Shown here: positions 1 through 12,402 of the stretch, one piece after another | How the letters are laid out: each line of letters opens with the position of its first letter | Numbering within the stretch: position 1 is the stretch's first letter | Source of the DNA: Pelomyxa schiedti | Taxonomy: Eukaryota; Protista; Evosea | NCBI GenBank assembly: GCA_020536535.1 | Contig: JAHLWZ010000835.1 | Span: forward strand, 25,562 to 89,561 | Direction: 5' to 3' | DNA: 64,000 nucleotides | Notes under the pieces: model-generated | Told to the model about the DNA's origin: nothing | The model's database searches: none | What the model saw: only the letters and a program-made list of their open reading frames with translations | Position numbers and translations under genes: made by a program

Positions 1-850
1 TGTCACAAGTTATGCCAACAGCCTTATTGGAACAAACTCGTAACGTACTGCGCAGCTGCTTCAACACGATTGTAGTAAAGCATGTGTTTACTTTGCAGTT
101 CGAACGTGGCGTGGATGACAGTAGAGAGCTTGTTTCAACTCTATTTTCCAAGTTGGATCGCACTCGTAAACAACGCGGAGTTATCTGTGCCTCCCCGGAA
201 TCCATTAAGTCTTTGATGTTGAAATTTGTAGAACAGCTTCATGCCATTGAACAAGTCAATATAAACAGCTTGACCCCAACAGGCTCCCAAAGGACTACAG
301 TTGAATCTGTACGCATGCGTGACCAGCTCCTAGCACGCAGCGATATGGCAGATGAACTGGTCAAGATTCTTGATATGTGGAAGCGTGGGGTTCTTATAAT
401 GGATGAAGTTGATGTACTACTCCATCCCCTGAGATCTGAGCTCAATTTCCCCATTGGACATAAGGACGCCATTGACATGTCTGGCCATCGCTGGGATTTG
501 CCAATTCACCTCATTGATGCAATCTTCTTTGCAACCACTGGCCGTAGTTCTTGTGACGTACAGACTTTCTCAAAACAAGCAGCTGCACTCAAAGTCGATC
601 CTGCTGCTCTCCTCAAAAGCATATCCGTTGCAGTTTCTCAAGGATTTGACGCACACAAAATGCAACACCAACCGCACCTTGTTCTTTTGGACCAGGATTG
701 GTACCATGGCTCTCTAAAGCCACTTTTGGCTCAATGGGCATTGTTATGGCTATATGACCGATTTGTTGGTGCTGTCACTGTTCCTAGTGAAATACTTTAC
801 AGTTACATAACTGGTGAAAATCCTGACACCCATAGAACAAAAGTATCAAC

Positions 851-882
<32 letters not shown>

Positions 883-3800
883 ATCTTAATTCTTAATCCT
901 CACTCTGATTTTTCACAGATCGAAGAGGGTCTTTTGCCGGAATCGAAAAAGCTCCTTAATTTGACTAGAAATTGGCTTCTTCACCTGTTCCCTCATGTCC
1001 TCGCTAAGATAAATCGAGTAACTTTTGGCTTGTTGACTCCAGCAGACATGTTAAATATCGATCCTCGTACCCCCCAAAGTAGACTTCTGATGGCGGTATG
1101 CGTTTCCTCATCTAAACTTTACTAATTTTCTGCGTAAAACAGGTGCCGTTCGTTGGTAAGGACGTGCCATCACGTTCATCCGAATTTGCTCACCCCGACG
1201 CTGTTATTGGCTTGACGATTTTGGCATATAGATATGAAGGCGTTAGGCAAAGTGACCTTATGCGCGTGATGTCACAATTGAAACAAGACTTTGCACGGCA
1301 GGTTGGTCCCCGGGAGCAGAGACCCGCCAGTACAATGTTCAAAAATTGGCTTGCACTTGCCAGGGAAACCGCTTCTGCAGCTGTTGTTGCTGCCTCTTCA
1401 TCAATTCTTCCTCTGGCACTTTTCCAGCCAAATGATCCCAAGCAAATGACACAGGTAGTCTTCATTTTTTTACTTTTTATTAATTAGTCAACCTAGCTCT
1501 ATGCCCTTGTAAGAAGGCTGCCGCAACTAATACATTATTATCTCTGTCAACATGTCTTCCCAGCTTGCATGAACTTCCAACTACTGAAAGTATGAACAGT
1601 AAAATGCTGTATTGCCTCCAGCTTATTGCCCTTCACAGGTCAGTGCTTGTGGGCATGAGCTTGGTAGCAATTTGTTGTTTGGAAGACGCATTGGCTTCTC
1701 AGGGACACCTTCGAATCTTCTTCCACTGGATCTTGGAGAGTGTCAATACGAGCCTGGATCTGATGGAAAGATCCTTAATGTTCTTACATCTCCAAATGTC
1801 GTCTCTGCATCTTTGAAAACTGTGAACTCCTTTAACCAATAAAATGTAAATGTAACACCACTGTAAGGATTGGACGGCAAAAAGCCTGCTCCGTGACATT
1901 TGTCAGGCAGATCCTCCCTTCCTTGCCCTTATTGACACAGGCGCCCTAATCACTGGAATGGACAATGAAGAAGTTGCACATTTCATGCTGCAATTGTTGC
2001 CTGGTTAGAATTTGTGTTTTCTCATTCCCTGTTTCTTACCACATTCACAAGACTGGATGGAGGGCTTCGTTTACCTTGACAGAGCTGATAGGCAAATGGT
2101 ATTACTTCGCTCTGGGCAATCAGTCAAGCTTTCTGAGTGTGGAATCAGTCCAAGTAGGAGGTTCACATTTTATGATCAGGTTTGATGTTACTACTCTACA
2201 TTGTTCTTCTCTAAAGTAGGGAAAAACAGGTTCACACTACAGGAATGGATATTAAACAAGCGTCAAATGCAAGAGCAGTTGTGACTATAGGAAAGGATAT
2301 GACATTTAGGGACTATGCCCAAGGGTGCTATCGAATGCGAGGTTGGAAAAATATCAGATTATTAAACGGAAATGCGGACTCATTATTGATAAAAGGAATT
2401 GGAAAGGGCATGTGCATTCATGTGTTTGTCATCCAGGAAGTACTCAACAAACTTGCTCAAGATTTAGGCACCCATCAGTAAGAAATTTACCCTTGTATCT
2501 CTTCTTACCCAAGGCAAGGACGAACCGACCCGAATTGGATATTCCTGCATGGCTCCTTCTGAATTCTATGCGAATGGAGAGCCTCCAGTTTGTCAAGATG
2601 GGACAACAAGTAATTTACTTCCATCCAGTTATTCCACCAGTAGGGACTCATTATACCGAAAAGGAACTGCAAAATATTTTCCGGAAAAAAGCTCTTTCCA
2701 CTCTTTTGGATGAATCAAGGGCACACTACTCTGAGGCTCCAATGTACAGATTACGTAGATTCCACGATGCCCCACCACCATTAAATGAGTTTTTGCGCAC
2801 ATGTGTCCAACATTTCCGAGAGGTTTTTTCCTACTCATAGTTTTTTACCTGACATCTTTCTTAAAAATCAGGTTATTGACTACACGATTGAGAATGCAGT
2901 TCCGAAGCCACACAGGTACATTGAGAAGATTCAAGAAGATGTTGTGAAGCAAGAACCGCTTTCCATTGAAGCCCCCTCCAGGGATAGAGTCAATTCCGTT
3001 CTTAAGAATTTGGGGCAGGTTGGAGCTTACAAAACAACAAGCCGGTAGTTAATCGGTATCAAAGGTAACTGCACAACAAGAAAGTGAAAGGATGGGACCC
3101 ACAGAATCTGACCTTGGGCTAAATGCAGAAGTTGTCCATGAGCAAGAAGCGCAAGCACAGGAAGAGGCAGAAGAAGAAGCAGAAGAAGAACAACAGAAGA
3201 TCAGTGCTTTCACTCGGGATGACGAAAGCCACATCCCTTGGAACGGTACTTGTGCAACATTAATGGCCCAGGCTCTCACCCCAAAATAAATGCAGCCTCT
3301 CTTCTCACTGAGATTCCTAGTGGGGAGCTCAAGGGTGGGGAACCTTTTTACAAGTTTAAACATTTCCACGTACGTGAACAACAACCAAAATTAAAATTCC
3401 CGGAGAGCATGATGCTCTCAGACAATTTCTTCCGGCCAAGGTATGAAACTTCCCTCTTAGTTGGGAATTGAATAACAATGTTATCAGATGGGTTGGTGTT
3501 GGTGATAGGCGGCTTAAAAATGTTGCCGTTTTCCTTGAGTGGGCACCAGTGATGTCATCTGAAATTGCCCGTGTGCGCACACCCCTCTTGATGAAACAAA
3601 TAAGTACAGGTTGTGGCAATACAAGTTGCAAGACTCCGACTTGTAGATCAAATCCACAGTATGCCACCATTTTTTGTAGTTTCGCCTCTCAAATATCCAA
3701 AGAATGAAGCCACTGGACCCCTCAGATACTCCCGCTAAATTAGCTGTGCAATTAGCACTCCAAACATCCGCTGTGGCTGATCCCAAACGTCATCTTCCTC

Positions 3801-5292
3801 TTTTCTGCCCCTCCACAATCGAGGCAATGATTCAACCAGAGTTCTCAACTTCTCTGGCCAAAACATCCAACAGGTACTTGTCCCACTGTCCTTGTGGGAT
3901 TTAGGTAAATCCTTGGCAGGTTTGTGGTGGCATTATCCCTTGCCGAAGCAGAGACAATCAGAAAGATAATCCATAGTGAACAAACGCTTATCACAAAAGC
4001 TGCACTTGCTTTGCATACAATAGATGGACTCTTGATGGACAACACACCAAATTATATACCGGAGGCATGCCTACTTTTTGCACAAATTATCACACTTACA
4101 TCTATTTTTTCTTAGCTATCTGGTGAGCTTGGACTCGTAGGGATGGCGTTGCAGAGTCTCCGTTTCTTCAACTGTGAGATGTACTTCTCTGATGAAGGTA
4201 GATTCATTTTTCATTTCTGTGCTCCATGTAATGTGGTAAAAGAGTTGGACGCTCTGGAGCACTCACTTGCCGCTTCTGGACTCACCGACCGCCTTCAATT
4301 CTTCACGGAATGTTTGAGGTGCCATTATTTGTGACTGCAATCTGTTTGCTTACATTCGTAGGTTGCGGAGACGGCAGCGCAATTTGTGGGGAGATACACC
4401 CCTTGCTAAGTTCTTCTCACCTCGTGAAGAGTGGAAGAATTTGCGGGCTCGCGCGATTGCGGAACAAATTTCTATTGTATTTCCGAAATCCATGTCTCTA
4501 TTATTTATATACTTTGTTCGCAGGCAATCAAGGCCGCGTTGCATGATAAGAAGCAACACCTAGACCCCTACCAAATGTTTGAGCACTTTGATGACGACCA
4601 TGACGGCAAACTAAGCTACGCTCAGGTGGCCCTTTCAGAAATATGTTCGTAACCTCAATTTACTCACGTTTTGCCCCTGTAGCTCGATCACCTGTTTGAT
4701 TGGATGAGACTTGGTTTTGCACCTGGTGACTATCACGAGATTGTCAAAATTCTAGATACTGCCAACACTGGGACCGTCTCCCAGAGGGATTTCATAACCA
4801 CTTTCGGAATTCCCTCGCACGACGAAGTTCTAGCCATCGAAGCTGTGAGCTACCCCTTGATCCATTAATAAATTCCACTCACTCCCTCCCAGGAGAAACA
4901 GATCAACAACGTTCCTGCCGAACCCAAACAAACGGGCCGATGGCGTTGCAGCAACTGCACATACATGAATTCACCACTGGTATGCATCCATTCCCTCAAC
5001 ACACAAACAAAAAAAAAAAAGCAAAATCCAATCATCCACACGCAGCACAACACAGAGCTACGCACTCTTCTCTATCTTCCCAACACAACACAACACTCAC
5101 CACCATGTCCCACAGGAAACAACTTGCTGCATGTGTGAAGTTGGCTGGTCAGGAGAGCGAGAGTGCCCAAGGGACAAGTGGATGTGCCCCCCTGAGCGCG
5201 GCGGGTGCACATTCTTCAACCCAGTCTCCCAATTCTACTGCGAAATGTGCAACAGGGCGCGCCCTGACCTCATTTCGCACAGGTTGGTGTGA
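1..5292 (+). CDS. Large DUF3638/DUF3645 protein (SF2 helicase-like core) with AZUL, EF-hand pair and two RanBP2/NZF zinc fingers; 5' end outside window; multi-exon
   Basis: Spliced translation shows LIMDEVDVLLHPLRSELNFPIG (DUF3638), PFVGKDVPSRSSEFAHPDAVIGLTILAYRYEG (DUF3645) and FYDQ|VHTTGMDIK...DYAQGCYRMRG. It also has QISTGCGNTSCKTPTCRSNP (AZUL-like), EF loops DDDHDGKLSYAQ and DTANTGTVSQRD, and fingers WRCSNCTYMN|...CCMC and WMCPPERGGCTFFNPVSQFYCEMC. Stop TGA at 5290-5292. The introns checked are GT-AG. Confidence 0.85.
853..882. repeat. C30 homopolymer inside intron 843-918
   Basis: Direct count of the C run; the intron has GT at 843 and AG at 917-918. Confidence 0.9.
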
Positions 5293-5443
5293 GCAGGTCC
5301 ACGTAGTTGTACCAAAACGATGGGTTCTATGCTATTTTGCTATTACTAGATGACTAATTTTCCCCGAGCGGCTTTTGTCGACAAATAACAAACAAAACCT
5401 AAGATTCAAAAAAGTGGTGAAGATTAAGTTAATTGCGACACGG

Positions 5444-7657
5444 ATGTCGTTGGACGCCAACACGCAGCCGGAAATGCGACAGCAGGAGAAAGAGGAGAAG
5501 AAGGTAGGGAACGACGAGGCAGCTGCAACCACAGTAGTCACGACGCCCGTCAAAAAGAAATCTGCTGCAACGTCACCAGCGTCCACTGGCTCGAAGAAGA
5601 CGGAAAGTTTGGCTTCTCGTTTGAGACCGCGGCGACCTGCGAGGAAGTTTTACGCTGAGGAGAGCTGGGAGGAGGAAAAGAAGGCCAAGAGGGCAAAGAA
5701 GGCGAGGAAGTCCCGATCCAACAAGGAAAAGAAGAAAAAAGGAGGGGGGGAGAAAGCACCAAGAAAGGACTCTGGTTCGAAGGCCTCACCCAAATCGTCT
5801 GGTGCGTCGAAACACTCTGAGAAGCAAATTGTTATTACCGTTTCAGATAGTGATAGAAGTGAGTCTGAGGAGGAGGAGGAAGAGGCACCAGGTGGTGCCA
5901 GTGGGGTGTCATCAAGTGAAGTTGATAAATCAAGCCAATCTTCCAGTACTAGTCCTGTGAAAGATGGGAAGGATGCTGCGAGTACTAGCCCTGTGAAAGA
6001 TGTGAGTGATCCAGTGGATGCTCCCACTTCCCAACGTGACAATTATATGAACCTAGCAATCAGGTTGTGTAGTGACTTGGAATAAAATTACTTCCATTAA
6101 CCTCCAGCGACAGAAGTCTGTCAGGAAAAGTAGGGACAATTTCTAATATGAGCATGTTTCAAAAGCGTACACTCCCTCTCTATGTAATACTCATATTTAG
6201 ATTACATAATTATTCTTTCTTTTACAGATTATATCGTGCCGTTTTATTCAGCATTATCAAAGGTTACCTCTCCTTCCATTTTTTGGTCTTCTTATTACTT
6301 TTAAGGAAGAAAAATCAAAGGAAATATGTCGCACCTGGCAGGAGGCTGGATATGAGAGACTGAAAGATTTCCTTTTCGTACTACGGGACAAGGGGTGTAT
6401 CCTAAAAAATAACCGTGCAATACTTGAGAATCAGTCAAAACCTCAACTCTAAAGAAGACATATCACTCAAGCATAACTGTGTGCGCGTTATTTTCGATGG
6501 TTCCAATCACCTTGCTGAAGATGAAGATGAAGATGAAGATGCCGCAGGTATCTTAAATTCCTCACAACTTCGAGGAGTAAGAAAATTACAGAAGATCGAC
6601 AATTGCCAATAAAGAGACCGCCTGACACAGACGCCTCTCAACTTGCGGAGCCCCCTCAGAGCAAAAAACCCGAAGTTGATGAGGCTTCAAAACCCACAGC
6701 AGTGGCAACAAGCCCAGTGTCAAAAGGCGATGAAAAGTGTGGTGAGTAGTCTGCCTTAACTATATGGAAAACTCAAGTGCAAAAAGAAGTACCCAAACCC
6801 GAAGCCGTGGTGAAAGTGAAAGGTTCTAGTACACGTTGGTTCTGTAAATTTCTAAGCAGTAATCAGAAAAAATCACATGCCCAGTGTGCAATCATGAGCT
6901 GTCAGATTCCCCACCAGACCAACGAATCGTTCATATTAACGAGTGCCTTGATCGCCAAGAACGCAGGGAAAGAAAAGTTCGTTGTCCTTCCTGTAGCACT
7001 GTTTACCCCGCTTTCGAGCTTGGAGTGCATTTTCTCTCTCATCAACTCGGTTCCCCAATGGGTGCAGCCGAGCCTCGCTCCTGGACAATGCCGGTCATGC
7101 TGAACATGTCCTGCCCTTTGTGCCCGGGAAATGTGTGCCAGACCTTTTCTTTTTTTTAATACAACAACCTAATCCTTGCTTTCCCACAGGCGCCAGAGGT
7201 TGACTTGCTACTTCATTTTCAGGCAGTTCACAGGCACCACCTCTTTTGGCTCCTAAGAAAAACTTGTAATTCTACTTTAGAAACTTGTTGACATCTGAGA
7301 CAATTACTCTTTACGACACCTATGTCCGGCGATGCTTCGAAAATAATTCGACCAACCCAAAGACTGAATACCTTGGTACATGTAACCATTTTCGGGCTTT
7401 TCCGTTTCACCCATGAACAGTGGTGGTACTTACAAAGGAGACGAGCAGCAAGGCAGGGGAATGCTCCATTTGCTGTGAAGATTTTTGTGAAGGTTCTTTT
7501 TCCACATCTCCTCATTCTTCTTTAACCAGTACAAAAAAAAAATGTAGGTCAAGAAGCAGCAAGGCTGCAGTGCCTGTGCTTATTTCACAAGCACTGCATT
7601 GAACAATGGTTCACCAAGCCAACTGGTGCTGGTTGCCCTGTCCACAACAAAGTGTGA
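5444..7657 (+). CDS. RING-H2 E3 ubiquitin ligase (ZNRF-like C-terminal RING) with Lys/Glu/Ser-rich N-terminus, UBZ-like and C2H2-like zinc fingers
   Basis: Exons give CNHELSDSPPDQRIVHINECLD (UBZ4-like), CPSCSTVYPAFELGVHFLSH, CPLCPGN|...LLLHFQAVH and GECSICCEDFCEG|...ARLQCLCLFHKHCIEQWFTKPTGAGCPVHNKV*. Stop at 7655-7657. Linkage of the 5' exon to the finger exons is inferred. Confidence 0.75.
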
Positions 7658-7956
7658 CTTCCTCACCTGAGTGTTCTCCCCAATAACCCACGACGCTTGT
7701 TTGTATGGCTACTTAAGAAAGAACAGGGCAACACCCTTTTCTCTCCATATTTTTCCTTGTTCAAACAATTCCCAACACAACAGAATCCTTCCTTTCACTC
7801 AGCACCATAATAACTCCCACGGCGTGGTTCCTGATACCAACTTTGTTCGGCTCTTCTAGCCGTTTTTAGACCTGTTCTCTGAATTACCGTTTCGCTTTTG
7901 GTTGGTTTTTAGAGAGAAAACACCAGAAAATAACAAAATAAAATAAACAACAAACA

Positions 7957-9139
7957 ATGTCAGCAACAACCTCGAGTGCCACTTCGACGACGATTACGCC
8001 GCCGGCAACAACCACGACCAAGACAAGCACGCTGAGATCCAGTGGCCTCATTGCCAGGCCCCACGCGTGCACGTTCGACAAGTGGTTTGGACCAAACAAG
8101 AACGTGCGACTGCGCGAGTTTGGTGATTTGTCGGCCATTGCAAAGGCTCCCATAATCCCTGGGTTTCCCTCCGTTTCATTGACCTCCATTCTTACCGCTG
8201 GCTATTTGGCAGAACAAGTATGTTAGAGGATACTTTTTGTGTGTTACTGTTTGTTTGCATTTTGTATCTTGGGGTTTTTTTTTTTTTGGGTACATTGAAT
8301 ATTACAAACTGAGAACTTTTTTCCTAAAGCTGGAGCTGCCTTTGATTGGTGTTATATCATCACCACTCTTCCCACCCCGTTGTGTTCTGGACAGGGGGAG
8401 GCCATGCCACCCAATCAGGATATTTGGTGATGCCCGCCTTGTTGTGATCATGTGCGAATTCAAGGTTTCTCCTGCCATTCGAACTGAGTTTTTTTGAAAC
8501 AAAATCGTAGCTTGAACCTCCAGAGTTGGCTGCCGCTGTGTGTGAAGCCATGTTTGATTTTTCCGCTCGACACCAATCATCGATGATTATCACTGTGGAG
8601 GGTACTTGTTTCTCAGCTCCAGTGTTTTATGTCATGATGTAACAGGTGATCCATCCAAGAAGCCAACTGATGATGACGGTTTTGCAATTCAGAACCTTCT
8701 CTTTGTTTCCACCAGTTCCATCTTTACTGCAAAGATGTCAGGTACACAGTTACCACTTTCTAATATCCAACTCACAATATACTATCTGCAGAGGTTGGAC
8801 ACCAGCCCCTAGAGAATGGCCTCATTTCCGGAATGACCGGATTGATCCTTGCTGAAGGACCTCTTTGTGATGTAGAAGTAGCGTGCCTCCTTTGCCCATG
8901 CAATCCCATGTACCCAGAGGCCTACAGTGCTGTTGCAGTAGTCAATGCGATAGCCCATTTCCTCACTGATATCAGTATGCTCTTAATTGTTGCCTTTCTC
9001 CACTTAACCATCCTCAAAAGGAATTGATACCAGCCAACTGGAACAAAAAGCCCGCACTTTGCAGCAACAGGTCACAAACCTTCTCAAGGCAGAGAGCATG
9101 TCCAAGAGACCAGCACCTTCCTCTTTTATGTACGCCTAA
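7957..9139 (+). CDS. PAC2-family (proteasome assembly chaperone, PbaA/PbaB-like) protein with C-terminal HbYX motif
   Basis: IIPGFPSVSLTSILTAGYLAEQ|LELPLIGVISSPLFPPRCVLDRGRPCHPIRIFG; IITVEG; GLISGMTGLILAEG; NPMYPEAYSA; IDTSQLEQKA...FMYA*. Confidence 0.8.
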
Positions 9140-9173
9140 AAGGGTGGGTCCAAAAAAAAAAACTTTTCTTGTT

Positions 9174-12104
9174 TCAAAACAGTAGGATGTCATTTGGTGG
9201 AATCTGATCAAAATCATCTTGGTCTTTCTGTCCTGTGTCGTGGGCTGTGTTTGTTGGGGTTGTTTCCGAGTTCCTTTCAATGGATTCAACGCACACTTGG
9301 TTAGAATTCACCGCACGCACTGGTGTGAACTTCTCTGCTTCATTCTTGCCATCACTGGAAGCATCAGGGATGGGAGTAGTTCTCACAGGTGTGGATGTGG
9401 ATGTGGATGTGGATGTGGATGTGGATGTGGATGTGGATGTGGATGTGGATGTGGATGTGGGAGTTGGTTGCGTGCTTTCGGGAAGAACGGCGCCGGTACG
9501 GCTATCTCTGGGAACAATCCGGCCGTGGTGCGGGCAGGTGTGGGTGTCCCGCCTTGGGCAAAGGAGCCCGTTTCGAAGAGGGAAGTTGCATCTTTGTGGG
9601 GGTTTGGATGGTGGCTTTACCTGGTATATATCTCGTCGTAGAGTGGCCCAGGCAAGGCTGGATGTAGAAAACGATGTTGGTGCCGTACTTTCACCGAAGA
9701 AGCGATGTTCTGTCTGTGAAACATGGTGAGGGCAAAGGAAAATAACAAAGTGAAAGTACCCCGGTCCCCCTAGAAACAGTGTCCACATCCCAGAAATAGA
9801 GAAATACATCGGGTTTCATCACTGGGGCTCTTTTCAGTAGCTCTGGAAAGTGTTGAAATACTGAAGAAATTGTATCATGGATACCTTCTCGGGTTTCCAC
9901 GTGGTCAGGGCAAGTTGGTATCTCTAGTGGTCCTTGCTTCATAAAATATGGTACGTAATCAGGCGGTTTGTCAGACGGTTGTGCACAGGTAGTTGAGGAC
10001 GATGACAATGCTTGTGCTGCCTCTTCTGCCTGGCGACGTGCAATGTCTTTCTCCCTTGCTTCGGCATAATTTGGAACTGGCATGGGCACAAACTCGACGA
10101 AATGTATCCCATCTTGGTCAATCTGTTCCTTGAGCTGATTGCTGGCTTGTGGAGATGAAGGTTTGGGGGCGTTTCCTTCTGAAGGACATGTGATGTTCAG
10201 TTTTTCAGACTCGCGCAACAATTCTCTAACGTGTTGTAGCATGAGTGAGACACGAACAAGCATTTCTTCTGCAGAGACTTTGTCCTTGATCCTCTTTAGG
10301 TCAGTGGTGATAATGTCAAGAGTTTAGAGACATACTTCCGCATTGTCAAGCCGTTCTAAAGTAGAACACCATGTTTCTAGAAGAGGAACATATTTCACAA
10401 CGCAAGTGCCACAAAACTCGGTCAACTGAACAGCAACTGCGGAATTTGGCTTCACAGGTTTAGGAGGGGGGGCCGTAGGGTCAATTGTAGTTGATGTCAC
10501 TGCCAAGTGTTTCACTAGATCCTACAATTGTTGGTTTTTCGTGGGAAAAAACCATCCAACATGGTCAAAGTCTAGATCCACTCCATTTGTGCTGCCAATA
10601 TCGTCATAGATAATCCCCTCCTCTTCCTGAACATAATCGAGTGCCAGTGTCGGAGTGGCCTCCTCCGAAACAGCTTCATTGACCTTCACAGAACTTTCTT
10701 GGATCACTTCTTCCTGAAGGCTCTTGAGATAGAATTCCTGTTTTTTTTTTTTTAAAAAAAGAGTTTTTCATTGAAGGTATTACCATTTGTTTGCTGAATT
10801 CCTCCCACTCAGATTTAAGTATAGGTTCGTCAAGCATCATCTGTAAAAACTTTGCATGAAGGAGCTCTTGAGTCCTTTCCTTCCAGTTACGTTACTTTAG
10901 GCCTTCTCCAAGTGAATTGAATACCTGTTTTCTCTGTCGTTCAGCATCACTGGCGGGAGAGCTTCCAGAAGAAAGTGGAAAACTTTGCAGAGCTCCTTGC
11001 ATAAAAGAATGAGCTGTACGTAACTTCAGTGTACGTTACCCAAGGCAAAAAGAACGAGAATTGGAGACAACTTGCTGGTAAAGATCTCCAAATGCTGTTC
11101 GCCACTCATCCAAAAAGGTTTTCGTCTTCTCTCTAGGATGGTGATGGTAGCCGAATTGAGAAATAGAGTGTTTATTCACAGTTGTACCTGAGAGTTACCA
11201 TCCATTTTCGTGGTGGTGGAAGTGGATTGTTTACGTTAGTCCCCAAACAGAGTTCAAGAATTATCTGTTCATCACGTTAGACACCTTATTTTAAAGGACA
11301 AAACCCTCCCACAATGCTGGTAAAACAGGGGTAATACCTTTAATTCATCAATAATAGCATTCCTAAACGCAGATGAATGCATGAAAATATCGTGTAACAA
11401 CTCGAGCTGTAAAAAAAGCGACACGTTGTAGTTATCAGATTGTTTTTAGCCAACAAGTAAAATTTGAGCATAATGACATACCGTCAAACACCTTGTCTCG
11501 GCATTCTTAGCAGCCAACCTTGTCATAAAGAGATCTTTGACCTTGATAGAAGTGTGAGTTGTTGAGTTTTATTTTTTTATTTGTAAAGAGTAAACAGTGC
11601 AAGGTATGGAGTCGATAAATTATTAAGGTTTTGTGCTGCAGTTTATTTGGTCAGTTTTGTTTACTGCATTTTTTGTGTATTATGGGATGACATAGAAGCC
11701 AGAATCCACTCACACACGTGGTTTGTTTCGCCACATTTGGTCATCGCGCGAACCACTTGCCTGATGTCCTTTTTGACAGCATTCACCGGCGGAGGAAGCC
11801 TCACGCTGAACTCCACCCCCGCGTCGTCGCCCTCCAGGGACCCGCGGGCCAGCGCACGCAACGGGGACGGTGACGGTGACTGAGGATGAAGAGAAGGAGA
11901 GGCCGCAGCGGGCCACGAGCGACGGCCGGAGCCCACAGCCCCACGCCCACAGCCACGGCCGCGGCGGGACTTGGCCGACGGAGACGCTGCGGGAACGGGC
12001 TCGGCAGAGGAGGAGGAGGAGGAGGGGGCGAGCGACGAGCGGCGCGGGCGCTTGGGCGAGGACCTCACTGCCGTGTCGGTTGGGACCGTGGCCGTATTGA
12101 GCAA
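9174..12104 (-). CDS. UVSSA: UV-stimulated scaffold protein A homolog (VHS-like N-terminal domain + DUF2043 + C-terminal zinc finger); start codon unresolved
   Basis: DIRQVVRAMTKCGET, KDLFMTRLAAKNAETR, LHDIFMHSSAFRNAIID and ELCLGTNVNNPLPPP match the UVSSA N-terminus. RCNFPLRNGLLCPRRDTHTCPHHGRIVPRD matches the UVSSA C-terminal finger. Confidence 0.85.
9391..9456. repeat. (GTGGAT)11 microsatellite encoding (TS)n in the last UVSSA exon
   Basis: Direct reading of 11 perfect hexamer units. Confidence 0.9.
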
Positions 12105-12402
12105 CTGCCTCAGCTTGTCGCGGTTGTCCAGTGCCGTTGTGTTCTTTCTTGGTTGCGACTTGTCTTCAAAAAAGAAGAAAAATTTTGAGGATACAAAACG
12201 AAAAAAGTTTTTTGTTTAGTGGCGGGCTTTCTTTGGCTTTGGGTGCTGCAGCAGCATGTGGTGGAGGGTGGCTCCCTGGATGCCAATGACAGTCAGAGTG
12301 GGAAGAAGCCAAACACCACCTTCGGTTCCGAGCCCACAACCCCGGATCCCACTGGCCGACCCGCCCAGTGTGGGCTTGGGGATACGTCTCTAAATGTACA
12401 TC

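Noticed and set aside
853-882. C30/G30 tract as a functional G-quadruplex element
   Set aside because: Single intronic homopolymer in a genome with many intronic homopolymers; its length is also prone to sequencing error.
9219-9729. Plus-strand ORFs with MWMWMW / DVDVDV / CGCGCG runs
   Set aside because: Antisense or alternate-frame readings of the (GTGGAT)11 microsatellite in UVSSA.
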